IMG/VR virus record: IMGVR_UViG_3300043313_001040
Coordinates: 8,015-72,014 of that record
From: a virus
Length of the DNA: 64,000 bases
Strand: one strand, 5' to 3'
Of this stretch, positions 54,602 to 63,531 are shown piece after piece. The first letter of the stretch is position 1. The number at the start of each line of letters is the position of its first letter. Below the pieces are notes generated by a model. That model made no database searches, was not told where the DNA came from, and worked only from the letters and a program-made list of their open reading frames with translations. Both the position numbers and the translations under genes were made by a program.

Positions 54602-56778
54602 GACCGCCAGAAGAACCATTCAAAATAGTCAAGCTGCCCAAGCCGCTTCAGGATTACATTGAGTTTCCACAGCCGTCCGGCACTCGCAACGACGCCCTTC
54701 TCGCCGCCTCCTGCCAGGCACGCGATGTGCGCTGGACAGAGACTGAAACCATGTCGCGCCTTCTCGCGCTCGCCACCGAGCGTGACGGCCTGCCGGAGAA
54801 CGAAGCACGTGCCACTATCCACTCGGCTTACACCCGCGACCCGCGAGATGTTCCACGTGGAACAATGACCATTCCGGGTGGCCCAATGGGCACATGGCGA
54901 CCCTCGGCACCATCACCAGCCAAGAAAGAGATCGCGCCGGTCGAATACGAACTCGACCCCGAGTTCAAGCTCCCCGCGCCAATCGCGAACCCGGTTATCC
55001 CCCTCCTCGAAGCCCTCTACAAGCCGGGAGAGTATGTCTTCTTCATGGGAGCCACCTACGACGCTGCCGTGGACGCCAAGGAGAAACCCGACCGCTACGA
55101 CACCAACAACATCTGGAACCGCGACGCGCTTCTCAAGGTCCTCAGGGAGAAGACGGGCGGCACACTCAAGGGCATCGAGGGATTCGACATCGACAAGGGT
55201 CTCTACTTCAACATCAACCCCTTGAGCAAGACCGCCAAGGGCCGGACAAAAGAGGAAGTCCAGGAGTTCCGCTATGGCCTGATCGAGTTCGATCATATCC
55301 CGAGGGAACAGCAGTATCAGGTTCTCGTTAAATCCAACCTGCCCATCTGCGCCTTGATCGACTCCGGCCGCAACTCCATCCATGCCATTGTCAAGATCGA
55401 CGCAGGCCGCGACGAGCCGCTGTTTAAGGCCCGGATGAATGCGATCCTCCATCATTTCAAGAAATACGATGTCGACCCCAAAAACAACGACGTTACCAGA
55501 CTCTCCAGATTCCCTGGAGTTACCAGGTCGGACAGCAAGGGAGCACAATTACTCCTCTCGCTCGCCACCGGTCTTCCCACCTACGAGGAATGGGAACGTG
55601 CCATGGTCGTCGAGGAAGACGGGCTCCCGGCTATTGAGGACATGTTCGATCTGCTGGAGGATTACCGGGCAGGCAAGTTGATCGAGCCCCAGGAAGTCAT
55701 CCAGGGCGTTGCGCACGTCGGCTGCAAGCTCGTCTTCGGCGGCGCGTCCAAGGCTCGCAAAACGTGGGCCCTGGCCGATCTCGCGGCCTCAGTCATGTCG
55801 GGTGGCAAGTGGTTCGACTTCCTTCAGTGCAATCAGGGGAACGTCCTTTATCTCAACATGGAGCTGCCTAAATACTTCATGGTCAAGCGCGTAGACATGA
55901 TATTAAAAGCCAAGGGAATCGACCTCAAAGAACGTGGGCGATTCAAGATGATCAATCTCCGGGGCTTCTCGGCTAGTTTGACGCTGCTGCGACCGAAGCT
56001 CGAACAGGCAATCGAGGGGATTAACTTTTCCCTCATACTCCTCGACCCCACCTACAAGCTCATGCCCGGTGGCGATGAGAACGGCACCAGCGATTCGAGT
56101 ATTCTTCTCAACGAAATCGAGCGGCTCGCCGTAAAGAGTGGCGCGTTGTGCGCGTTTGGGAGCCATTTTTCCAAAGGTAACCAAAGCCTCAAGAAGTCAA
56201 TGGACAGGATTAGCGGCTCCGGTGTATTCGCCCGCGACCCCGACTCGATCATCACCATGACCGAGCATTCCGCCACCGACGCCCTCAGCGTGGAATGCAA
56301 CCTCAGGAACCACGCGCCCATGCCTGACTTCGTGGTGCGCTGGGAGACGCCCCTTTTCAAGATCGACAGAGATCTCGACCCAACAGCACTGGCCGAAGCA
56401 CCTGTGCCGAGCAAAGGCGGCGGCCGACCAAAGAAGACCGTGGAAGTTACCGAATCGAAGCGGAACGAGATTCTGAAGTTCGTCGACGAGAACCCAGGCT
56501 GCTCAACCGCCCAACTCGTAACGACCATTCAGCGTTTCTTCAAAGAAGACAATGGCACCGCTCGACAGGTTTTGAAGCAATTAGTGGAAGAAGAAATCCT
56601 TGTTAAACAGGAACCGGAAAAGAACGGATTGCCAGCCAAATTCTGGCTTCCAGATCAGGACCAAACCGTTGAAAAGCTAACCCCTACCCTACCCCTACCT
56701 AAATCCACCCCTACGTTCACCCCTCTGACCACCCCTACCCTGAATACCCCCCCCCAAAGGGGGGGAGGGGGTATTTAG
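54589..56778 (+). CDS. Primase-helicase (PriCT + primase/RepB-like + AAA_25 RepA-type helicase)
   Basis: GTRND.L..E...TIHSA, LIEFD, DSGRNSIH, D.TRLSRFPG, GGASKARKT, LDP.YK, H.SKG. Confidence 0.88.
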   Translation: MPTLRPPEEPFKIVKLPKPLQDYIEFPQPSGTRNDALLAASCQARDVRWTETETMSRLLALATERDGLPENEARATIHSAYTRDPRDVPRGTMTIPGGPMGTWRPSAPSPAKKEIAPVEYELDPEFKLPAPIANPVIPLLEALYKPGEYVFFMGATYDAAVDAKEKPDRYDTNNIWNRDALLKVLREKTGGTLKGIEGFDIDKGLYFNINPLSKTAKGRTKEEVQEFRYGLIEFDHIPREQQYQVLVKSNLPICALIDSGRNSIHAIVKIDAGRDEPLFKARMNAILHHFKKYDVDPKNNDVTRLSRFPGVTRSDSKGAQLLLSLATGLPTYEEWERAMVVEEDGLPAIEDMFDLLEDYRAGKLIEPQEVIQGVAHVGCKLVFGGASKARKTWALADLAASVMSGGKWFDFLQCNQGNVLYLNMELPKYFMVKRVDMILKAKGIDLKERGRFKMINLRGFSASLTLLRPKLEQAIEGINFSLILLDPTYKLMPGGDENGTSDSSILLNEIERLAVKSGALCAFGSHFSKGNQSLKKSMDRISGSGVFARDPDSIITMTEHSATDALSVECNLRNHAPMPDFVVRWETPLFKIDRDLDPTALAEAPVPSKGGGRPKKTVEVTESKRNEILKFVDENPGCSTAQLVTTIQRFFKEDNGTARQVLKQLVEEEILVKQEPEKNGLPAKFWLPDQDQTVEKLTPTLPLPKSTPTFTPLTTPTLNTPPQRGGGGI
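54849..54864. promoter_or_regulatory. parS: Canonical bacterial parS site
   Basis: TGTTCCACGTGGAACA, perfect 16-bp palindrome matching the chromosomal parS consensus. Confidence 0.75.
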
Positions 56779-56790
56779 GGGTGGGTCAGG
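56680..56790. repeat. ACCCCTAC iteron-like repeats plus C-run/G-run inverted repeat; candidate replication origin
   Basis: Copies at 56680, 56691, 56707, 56719, 56731; imperfect dyad centred near 56757. Confidence 0.55.
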
Positions 56791-56808
56791 TGGAACACGC
56801 GCGTTGGG

Positions 56809-57099
56809 GTGGGGGTTACCGAAGGGTTCGAAGATTTGCAGCGTGATGCAAAAATGAATAAAGAAAAAATGAGCGAGCAAAAATTCAATCGGCTGACGGC
56901 CGCCCTCGCCATTGCTGAGGAATTTTCTGTGCCACAAAAAATCGAACTCCGCGAAGACGGCCGCATCGTCGCCGTCATCCACGAGCATTGGCTTCCAGAA
57001 CTCGAACTACGCTTGCGCCAAATCCATTGGCGCTTCATCCACGTCAGCCCAAGGGTTGGCCCGTTCCGCGTCCTGGCCTTGGTTGACAGTTGGCGATAA
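56809..57099 (+). CDS. Hypothetical protein
   Basis: ORF after primase; start uncertain (probably an internal ATG). Confidence 0.5.
   Translation: MGVTEGFEDLQRDAKMNKEKMSEQKFNRLTAALAIAEEFSVPQKIELREDGRIVAVIHEHWLPELELRLRQIHWRFIHVSPRVGPFRVLALVDSWR
56836..56851. repeat. 16-bp palindrome copy 11 (1 mismatch)
   Basis: TTGCAGCGTGATGCAA. Confidence 0.75.
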
Positions 57100-57104
57100 C
57101 TGAG
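57083..57104 (+). promoter_or_regulatory. TTGACA-N16-ATG late element
   Basis: TTGACA gttggcgataactgag ATG. Confidence 0.55.
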
Positions 57105-58655
57105 ATGATCGAATTCGACCAATCCTCAGGCTCAACCGCCGTTCGCAAAGATCCCAGCCACGTCCACGACATCATCACGGGCGGCCTTGAGGGCGCAGTT
57201 GGCTCGATTGCGATTGATCCCGTTGTTCATCGTATCGAGGAAGGTGCCTGGCGTAGCCCGTTCCGGGCAGGCTTGGGGAAACGTGCCGCTCTCTACGGCG
57301 CTACCGGAGCCGTTACTACCGGCATCATCGGTGCCCTCGTGTCCATGGGAACCAAGAAGGCCAGATCCCGTAGAAACTCAGATCAGGAAATGGCCGCGAT
57401 TCAGGAGATCGTGGAGTTCGCAAAAAGCCTGGATGACCACCTGCCACGCGCTAAACGCTCCGCAGTCGCCAAAGTCGCCACCGGTGCTGGTATCGGTGCT
57501 GCAGCACTTGGTCTTACGACTCTGCCAGGGGCCTCCAAGTTCTTCGGTATTCGTGGCCGTATTGCCGGGAAGGGATTCATCGGAAGTGAGATCAAGAACT
57601 CTGGCGGCAAGATGGTGGCCGATTACATCGAAGGTGCACAAAAGCTCCTCAATACCGGCATCAAGGGAAAGGTAGCTGGAGCTTTTATCCAGGAAAATCT
57701 TCAGAACCCCGGATCAGTTGTTTCTCGTGTAACCCGCAAAGCTTTCGGAGGCTCCGGCGAGATGGGTGCACGCATGACCGGCGAGCATTTCGGAAGGTTT
57801 CGCGCAGGCCCCAAAGAGGCTCTCAGCTTCTGGGATTACGAGCACGGCCAAAACGTAGCGAACAGAATCGCCAAGCAAGACGCGGCCGCCAAAGCCGCAG
57901 GCCGCGAAATCAGCCCACGACTTCAAGCAATGCGGCTACGCGCTCAAGATGAGATGCATTACGGCCGTGAAGAAGCCCATCGACAGATCAACGAGCAGAT
58001 TCAAATTCACGGGAAGTCCGAGATGGAAGCCATCAAACACGTAGGCTACAACTCGGATCACCCGCAGGTTCAGCATTATTTCACCGAGCTGGCCAAGCAC
58101 AAGGCTCGCGCCGCCCAGGGGTATGCGATCAAATCGCTCGCCTCGCCAGCCTTGCTTGCTGCAGGCACAGGTGGCATCGTCTATGGCCGTAAGAAGAACC
58201 AAAGCCCGCATTCGGCCATCGTGGACAAGACGCCGCTTCGAAACTTTGATCGCCTGGCCGAACTCATTGAGCTGGACGTTTATAACCCGCACAGCGAGCG
58301 TCAGCTCAAGTCCGGAGTTCGACTCGATAAATACGAAAAAGGCATCCGGGCCCACGAGATCGACCGCCACATCCACGATTATCTCCGGTCAACAGCAATC
58401 GGAGCCGTTGCAGGAGCGGTCATTCCCGCGCCCCTGCGCCTCAGGAACCGCGCTTTGATCGGCGCGGGTGTCGGAGCCGCCACGGCAGGCTTCCTGCATT
58501 CTACGGGGCACGTAGACGCTTACGGCGAGCAATCCGAGGATGCCAAAATCTTGCAACGTAATGCGCCCAAGTATGTCGGGGGTGCCGCCATCGTGGGCGG
58601 GCTCATCGCCCGTTATCGCAATCGCAAGGCCGCCATGCTTAGTATCGTCAAATGA
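57105..58655 (+). CDS. Putative internal/ejection polyprotein with multiple Gly/Ala TM-like helices
   Basis: MIEFD, EMAAIQEIVEFAK, LAELIELD; several GxxxG helices. Confidence 0.65.
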   Translation: MIEFDQSSGSTAVRKDPSHVHDIITGGLEGAVGSIAIDPVVHRIEEGAWRSPFRAGLGKRAALYGATGAVTTGIIGALVSMGTKKARSRRNSDQEMAAIQEIVEFAKSLDDHLPRAKRSAVAKVATGAGIGAAALGLTTLPGASKFFGIRGRIAGKGFIGSEIKNSGGKMVADYIEGAQKLLNTGIKGKVAGAFIQENLQNPGSVVSRVTRKAFGGSGEMGARMTGEHFGRFRAGPKEALSFWDYEHGQNVANRIAKQDAAAKAAGREISPRLQAMRLRAQDEMHYGREEAHRQINEQIQIHGKSEMEAIKHVGYNSDHPQVQHYFTELAKHKARAAQGYAIKSLASPALLAAGTGGIVYGRKKNQSPHSAIVDKTPLRNFDRLAELIELDVYNPHSERQLKSGVRLDKYEKGIRAHEIDRHIHDYLRSTAIGAVAGAVIPAPLRLRNRALIGAGVGAATAGFLHSTGHVDAYGEQSEDAKILQRNAPKYVGGAAIVGGLIARYRNRKAAMLSIVK

Positions 58656-59101
58656 ACGCCGCTTACTTCATCGAATTCAAACGAGGCGACCAGCTTCTTC
58701 GCGCCATCCCGGAACTAACCGGTGTCGGTTATGCCGAGAACGCTTTCCGAGTCGCCCCCAAAGAGGCCGTTGCTGTTGCCAGGGCGGCCGTGTCGAAGCG
58801 ATCTGTCGCCGGGGACCCCATCCATGGTCAATGGGTCAACGACCTCGCCAAGAGGCTCCTGGGCCGTCGTGGCGAGTTTTTGCAATACAAGCGGGCGCGG
58901 ATCAACACCACCCTGGAGTCGATTCAGGATCTTGTTGAATTGGCCTCCCTCCTTCCGGAGGTCGATGCGGCAGCTCACGCAAAAGCCATGCATGCGGCCT
59001 TATCAAAGGCCCTCCAAGGTAAGGTGCCAACCGAAGCAGAGAAAAAATGGCTGAAGCGATTTGCCGAACGAGCCGGTTTGCAGCACGCTGCAAAGTCTTA
59101 A
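58652..59101 (+). CDS. Putative internal virion protein
   Basis: YFIEFKRGDQLLR, IQDLVELA. Confidence 0.6.
   Translation: MNAAYFIEFKRGDQLLRAIPELTGVGYAENAFRVAPKEAVAVARAAVSKRSVAGDPIHGQWVNDLAKRLLGRRGEFLQYKRARINTTLESIQDLVELASLLPEVDAAAHAKAMHAALSKALQGKVPTEAEKKWLKRFAERAGLQHAAKS
59078..59093. repeat. 16-bp palindrome copy 12 (within CDS)
   Basis: TTGCAGCACGCTGCAA. Confidence 0.9.
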
Positions 59102-59233
59102 CCCATGTCCCGATTGGATCGGCTCCGGCATTCCCAGGCGGGTCCGTCCTGGCCAGCACACGGAGGAAAAACAGTGCTGGACCCTTTCAGGTGTGTTGAC
59201 CGAGCGCCAGACGGACCATCGGTTGTCCCCCGG

Positions 59234-59253
59234 TTGACATCCAGGGATCAGAT
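59234..59253 (+). promoter_or_regulatory. TTGACA-N14-ATG late element
   Basis: TTGACA tccagggatcagat ATG. Confidence 0.7.
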
Positions 59254-60270
59254 ATGCCAGCCGGTTACGAAAAACTCCGCGATGCCCTGAAGCGCAAGGG
59301 TAAGTCCGACGAGGAAGCCAAAACGATGGCCGCTCGGATCTGGAATTCCAAGCACAAGGATAACCCGGTGACGAACAAGAAGCACGAGATGTCCAGGATC
59401 GAGTTTCGTGTGCCGAGCGAGTTGCTCAAAAAACTCGTCAAGCCCGTCGAGGAGACGGCCGAAGAGGCTGCTGAGAAATATTTCCCGAAACTGCTCAAGA
59501 AGAAATCAGTAGCAGGTGCGATCAAGCCGAAAGGTTGGTATCCGGAACGCTCAGCCGATTCTGCTGCTCTCGAAGCTCGCCTCGATCTCCTGCATGAGAT
59601 GGGCCTTGGCACCCAGGTTACTCCGGGCGGGATGCTCGGCAATACTTACGTCAAAGGCTACCAGGGTGACGATACCAAGGGCGCTCAGTCCGGTCACGGC
59701 AAGACCGCCTATCGTCAAAAAAAGAAAGATCTCAAGAAAGCCGTCGCCTTATCCAAGGAGGGCCTCTGGCCATCAGGTGAGCCCACCTTCATGTTCGACA
59801 ACCCTTTCGGTGCCATTCTCCTCGGTATCCCTGCAGTCGACTTCGATGAAGCCGAGGCGCTCCTCGCCAAAAAACTCGGCCGTAAGGTCCCGAATCTTTT
59901 CCAGCCCAAACCTCAGGTCCAAGCCCAGGTTGAGTCCCAGGTTAAGACCGGCCTGGCTGCTCCTCTCCAAAAATATAGGACCAACCCCAACCCGAATCCT
60001 AATGCGACCTCAGAGCCACAAACACTCCCGGATGCACTTGCCGAATTGCTCCGACGTAGGCAGGCGAATAATACAAAGCCTCTGGAGTTTGCTCGTGGCG
60101 ATATACTGCGTAAGACAATGGATCGGCTGCCTTCTAATTCCAGTTCGGTAATTCAAACATGGGCCAGCAAACAGCGAATTGTTAATCCCCGAAATAGTGC
60201 GGAAGCCATAGAACAGGCGAAAATGCTCAAGGTGCTTAAGAGGTTGCTGGGCACGCCGAAGGTCGGTTGA
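59254..60270 (+). CDS. Putative internal virion polyprotein (basic)
   Basis: MPAGYEKLRD...AARIWN N-domain; EMSRIEF, LEARLDLLHEM, PLEFARGDILR. Confidence 0.65.
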   Translation: MPAGYEKLRDALKRKGKSDEEAKTMAARIWNSKHKDNPVTNKKHEMSRIEFRVPSELLKKLVKPVEETAEEAAEKYFPKLLKKKSVAGAIKPKGWYPERSADSAALEARLDLLHEMGLGTQVTPGGMLGNTYVKGYQGDDTKGAQSGHGKTAYRQKKKDLKKAVALSKEGLWPSGEPTFMFDNPFGAILLGIPAVDFDEAEALLAKKLGRKVPNLFQPKPQVQAQVESQVKTGLAAPLQKYRTNPNPNPNATSEPQTLPDALAELLRRRQANNTKPLEFARGDILRKTMDRLPSNSSSVIQTWASKQRIVNPRNSAEAIEQAKMLKVLKRLLGTPKVG

Positions 60271-60286
60271 CACGTAAAGCATCATT
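60267..60286 (+). promoter_or_regulatory. TTGACA-N14-ATG late element
   Basis: TTGACA cgtaaagcatcatt ATG. Confidence 0.7.
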
Positions 60287-61300
60287 ATGGTCCTTAGACT
60301 TTCGGGTCTGCTGTCAAATCGGCCTGCAGCAAATACTGCTGTGGGCGCTTTCTATCTGGCGACTGATACGGCAAAGGTTTTCGTCAGCAGTGGTAACGAG
60401 TGGTCTGAACGGCCCATTCTTGATAATGCCGATGTAGTTGGAATCAAATCCGGCCGTGACGCTGATAAGCCATACCCCAACACCCTCGTTGGATGGGTCT
60501 ATCATGCCACTGATACCGACGTTCGGTATGAAGCTTTCCCTACGGCGTGGTTTAACCTGATCACGCCTAGTTCGCCAAAACTTTTCGGAAATGAACAAAT
60601 CGAAATTTATCCTGGCGATGGATTGCCCACGAAACTGAACTTGAGCCAGCTACGTCGCTGGGTAACTGGCGCGGGCAAATACACAATTATGCGCCAATCC
60701 GCAGGCCCTTATGCGGATAGCGCTGAGTCGCACATAATTCTGGAGACTATTGGTGCAAGCCCGCAAAATCCCTACCTGCTGCAATTTAGTCAAAACATTA
60801 TTGAGCCATTTACGGGAGCGGGCGAGTTCTCTCTTGACGAACGCGATGTCGACCAAGACCCGGAAAGTATTGTAATACTTGGAACAAAAGACGGACTTAT
60901 CGCAGGTTACATTCCAGGAACCAACAGGGTCATCACCAGTGATAAAATTTATACCATCTCCTTTACCCCCGGGGATACAGGCTGTGGAATTTATGTCCTG
61001 GATGTTTTTGGCATAGGGAACCCAGCTATTGCTAAGCCTCCACTGCCACTCCCACCGCCGCCTCCGCCACCTCCTCCACCTCCACCTCCGCCTCCAGACC
61101 CAATCAATCCACCACCCGATATTGATCCCGTTCTGCCGCCACCCACTGTTAATCCTCCACTTCCTAGACCGTTACCGCCTGTCTATCCTCCTCCTCCAGA
61201 GGAGCCGCCACCAGTTGTCTTTCCGCCGCCGCCAGTAATACCGCCGAAAACTCCACCACCTGATCAAGAACCACCCGCTATCATTCCGATAGACGACTAA
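60287..61300 (+). CDS. Virion surface/fibre-like protein with polyproline tail
   Basis: Two G...RP.....G..Y.ATDT repeats; about 90-aa Pro-rich C-term. Confidence 0.7.
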   Translation: MVLRLSGLLSNRPAANTAVGAFYLATDTAKVFVSSGNEWSERPILDNADVVGIKSGRDADKPYPNTLVGWVYHATDTDVRYEAFPTAWFNLITPSSPKLFGNEQIEIYPGDGLPTKLNLSQLRRWVTGAGKYTIMRQSAGPYADSAESHIILETIGASPQNPYLLQFSQNIIEPFTGAGEFSLDERDVDQDPESIVILGTKDGLIAGYIPGTNRVITSDKIYTISFTPGDTGCGIYVLDVFGIGNPAIAKPPLPLPPPPPPPPPPPPPPPDPINPPPDIDPVLPPPTVNPPLPRPLPPVYPPPPEEPPPVVFPPPPVIPPKTPPPDQEPPAIIPIDD

Positions 61301-61312
61301 CCGTAAACTATT

Positions 61313-61843
61313 ATGCCTGTAGAAATAGGACCTGAATGGGACCCGGCAGCTCATGACTATGGTGATGGTAACTTTTTCCCATCAACTGAGCCAGGTAGAG
61401 ATATGGCCGCTATGATGGGATTAGTTACACTTGGAGCCATTTCGGCCGGAGTAGGCTTGGCTGGCTTTATTGCGTATGAAGCGGCTGGAGCACTAGCGGG
61501 GGCATGTATTCCCGACATCGCAATCGGTGCCGTAGAAGGTTCAGGCGCAGCCGAAGAAATAATAGCTACAAGTATTTTACGATCAGGTGCCACCACTAGT
61601 GCTGAACAGGCCTCACTGGAAGCTAATGAGTTCCTAGTTCAGATGGCTTATCGAAGGAACATCCAGGCGCTTATGACTGAGGAAGCAGCGCTGACTGCAG
61701 CACAAGACGAGGCCGCACAAATAATGGTTGCGGCGGCACTGAGCTTGGCGACAATAGGCATAGCCCTTGACCTAGCTATTTCGAAAGTTAACGAACAAGA
61801 ATCGTTAAATATGTTTTTTACTTCTGGACTTGGACATTTTTAG
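61313..61843 (+). CDS. Hypothetical Ala-rich membrane-associated protein
   Basis: Hydrophobic Gly/Ala helices. Confidence 0.65.
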   Translation: MPVEIGPEWDPAAHDYGDGNFFPSTEPGRDMAAMMGLVTLGAISAGVGLAGFIAYEAAGALAGACIPDIAIGAVEGSGAAEEIIATSILRSGATTSAEQASLEANEFLVQMAYRRNIQALMTEEAALTAAQDEAAQIMVAAALSLATIGIALDLAISKVNEQESLNMFFTSGLGHF

Positions 61844-61845
61844 TC

Positions 61846-62577
61846 ATGGAAATTATTGACATACTACTTAAAGACACGGTTGCTCGTGCTGGTCGAACTT
61901 TGACCAGTGAAAAGCGGATGTATATTGCTGATAGACAACAAATCCGTGAGGATTATCTGGTTAATGTTTTCACGAAAGCGCCAAGGGAGCTTCAGGTTGC
62001 AATCAGAGATCTGGCACGAGCTAACTCATCAATTCCAACACATGAAGCACAGGGTCAACTCGCATTGATCCTGGATGCGCTCCTATCTCCTCCGTATGAT
62101 TTTACGTCATCTAATCCTAATGAAGGCGGGCCAACTATTTCGCCCCCCTCGAATACCACAGGCCGAGAAACGACATCATCGGAATCATCGCCATCGCCAG
62201 ATTCACCAATACGCCCCGGGGATGCGGTTTCCATCCATATCGACTTAGATAAGCCGCCTCCGCCGTTCGGCACGGTCATTAGGTATGAGTATGGCTTTAA
62301 CAGCCTGGAGTCAGTTCCGAATGTAACAGCTTTCTCTCCTGTCTGGGATCACATTGCTCTTCGACTACCACAAGGGAATGCTCCTTTTATTGTTAAGACT
62401 CGATATTTCACGGGCTTTAATCCGTCGGGTAAACAGTCTTTGGCGGTGTATCGGCTTGATCCCGCTCCTGCCAGAGCTAAGTTCGTAGAATCTTTTGTAA
62501 GACGCTCTCAGAACTCCATCAAGGCTCTAAATTATATTAACGAAGCGCACATCTTCCAATGGCGGGACCCGCACTAA
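61846..62577 (+). CDS. Hypothetical protein
   Basis: 243 aa with Ser/Pro linker. Confidence 0.65.
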   Translation: MEIIDILLKDTVARAGRTLTSEKRMYIADRQQIREDYLVNVFTKAPRELQVAIRDLARANSSIPTHEAQGQLALILDALLSPPYDFTSSNPNEGGPTISPPSNTTGRETTSSESSPSPDSPIRPGDAVSIHIDLDKPPPPFGTVIRYEYGFNSLESVPNVTAFSPVWDHIALRLPQGNAPFIVKTRYFTGFNPSGKQSLAVYRLDPAPARAKFVESFVRRSQNSIKALNYINEAHIFQWRDPH

Positions 62578-62873
62578 TACTTATCGCCCTGGCGGTCTAT
62601 CGACTATCCCTTTTTGCAGATGATCCACGGCTTCTCAAGAAGCTTAAAAAAATCCATGAATCATTTGCGTCCCCGGCGTTCGCATCGCTCTGGATAGCTG
62701 CTCTCCTATTGTTGCTGAATACCTGGCTTCAGGACAACTCCGTGTTCAAATTTTTAATAGGCGTTTTCGCTCTTTCCGGAGTAACCTGTCTACTCAGTCA
62801 GCTTCGAGGTAAGCCACAGTTCATTCTTCCGCTGCCTCAACCTAAGCCGCCAGGCGACAAACCAAAGTTGTGA
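62559..62873 (+). CDS. Membrane protein (DUF1360-like)
   Basis: LAVYRLS....D, S.WIA, ALSG. Confidence 0.55.
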   Translation: MAGPALILIALAVYRLSLFADDPRLLKKLKKIHESFASPAFASLWIAALLLLLNTWLQDNSVFKFLIGVFALSGVTCLLSQLRGKPQFILPLPQPKPPGDKPKL

Positions 62874-63262
62874 CGCTTTATACAGGCCGAGGACTGTGCC
62901 TGCCTTTAAGTAAAAAATCCAAGGCATCTATCAACTGTCATGCGGCCATTCTTCCGCGCCTTGTCCAAATAGGAGTTGATTGTGGTTATGCCATAGCCGC
63001 ACACGGATCGCTCCGCAGAGATCTTGACATCATCGCTGCCCCGTGGATTAAATCGGCCGTTCCAGCAAAGGAACTTGTTGAGTTGCTCGCGCAAGCCTTC
63101 GGGGGAAAAGTCAGTGGAGAACCTGGACGGCATCCGCATGGCAGGTTGTCGTTTCAGATTCATCTGGGAGAACTCGTTCAAGGACCCTACAACAGCGATT
63201 CGTATATCGACATCAGTGTCTTTCAACCATGGGAGCAACCTGACGACCAATCCCGCAGTTGA
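62870..63262 (+). CDS. Minimal Pol-beta-like nucleotidyltransferase
   Basis: GYAIAAHGSLRRDLDIIAAPW, PHGR, YIDIS. Confidence 0.7.
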   Translation: MTLYTGRGLCLPLSKKSKASINCHAAILPRLVQIGVDCGYAIAAHGSLRRDLDIIAAPWIKSAVPAKELVELLAQAFGGKVSGEPGRHPHGRLSFQIHLGELVQGPYNSDSYIDISVFQPWEQPDDQSRS

Positions 63263-63279
63263 CACGATTCATCAGACAT
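63259..63279 (+). promoter_or_regulatory. TTGACA-N15-ATG late element
   Basis: TTGACA cgattcatcagacat ATG. Confidence 0.65.
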
Positions 63280-63510
63280 ATGGCTACCAAATCTGAAAAC
63301 GAAAAAGACGAAACGAAAGATCCTGTAAAGGATTCCAAGGATGGGGGCGTCTCTGGAGCCGCGATGCTCCGTGAAGCCGAGGAATACGTGAAGAACCCCA
63401 CACGAATGAAGGAGTTCACCAAGAAGCGCGAAGAGCGCACGGCCGACGCCAAGAAAAAGGCGGACGAAAAGAGGGCCAAGGCCAAAGAGGACGCCGACAA
63501 GAATAAGTAA
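63280..63510 (+). CDS. Small highly charged protein
   Basis: K/E/D-rich; start MATKSE. Confidence 0.7.
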   Translation: MATKSENEKDETKDPVKDSKDGGVSGAAMLREAEEYVKNPTRMKEFTKKREERTADAKKKADEKRAKAKEDADKNK

Positions 63511-63531
63511 CTTTCACCGAGACAAAACATC

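Noticed and set aside
2645-59093. 16-bp palindromes as a CRISPR array or REP/terminator hairpins
   Set aside because: Copies are kilobases apart, many lie inside CDS, the loop would be only 2 nt and invariant, and there is no cas operon
61040-61270. CCN repeat tract as an assembly artefact or DNA repeat element
   Set aside because: Third positions vary (CCA/CCG/CCT), consistent with real polyproline coding
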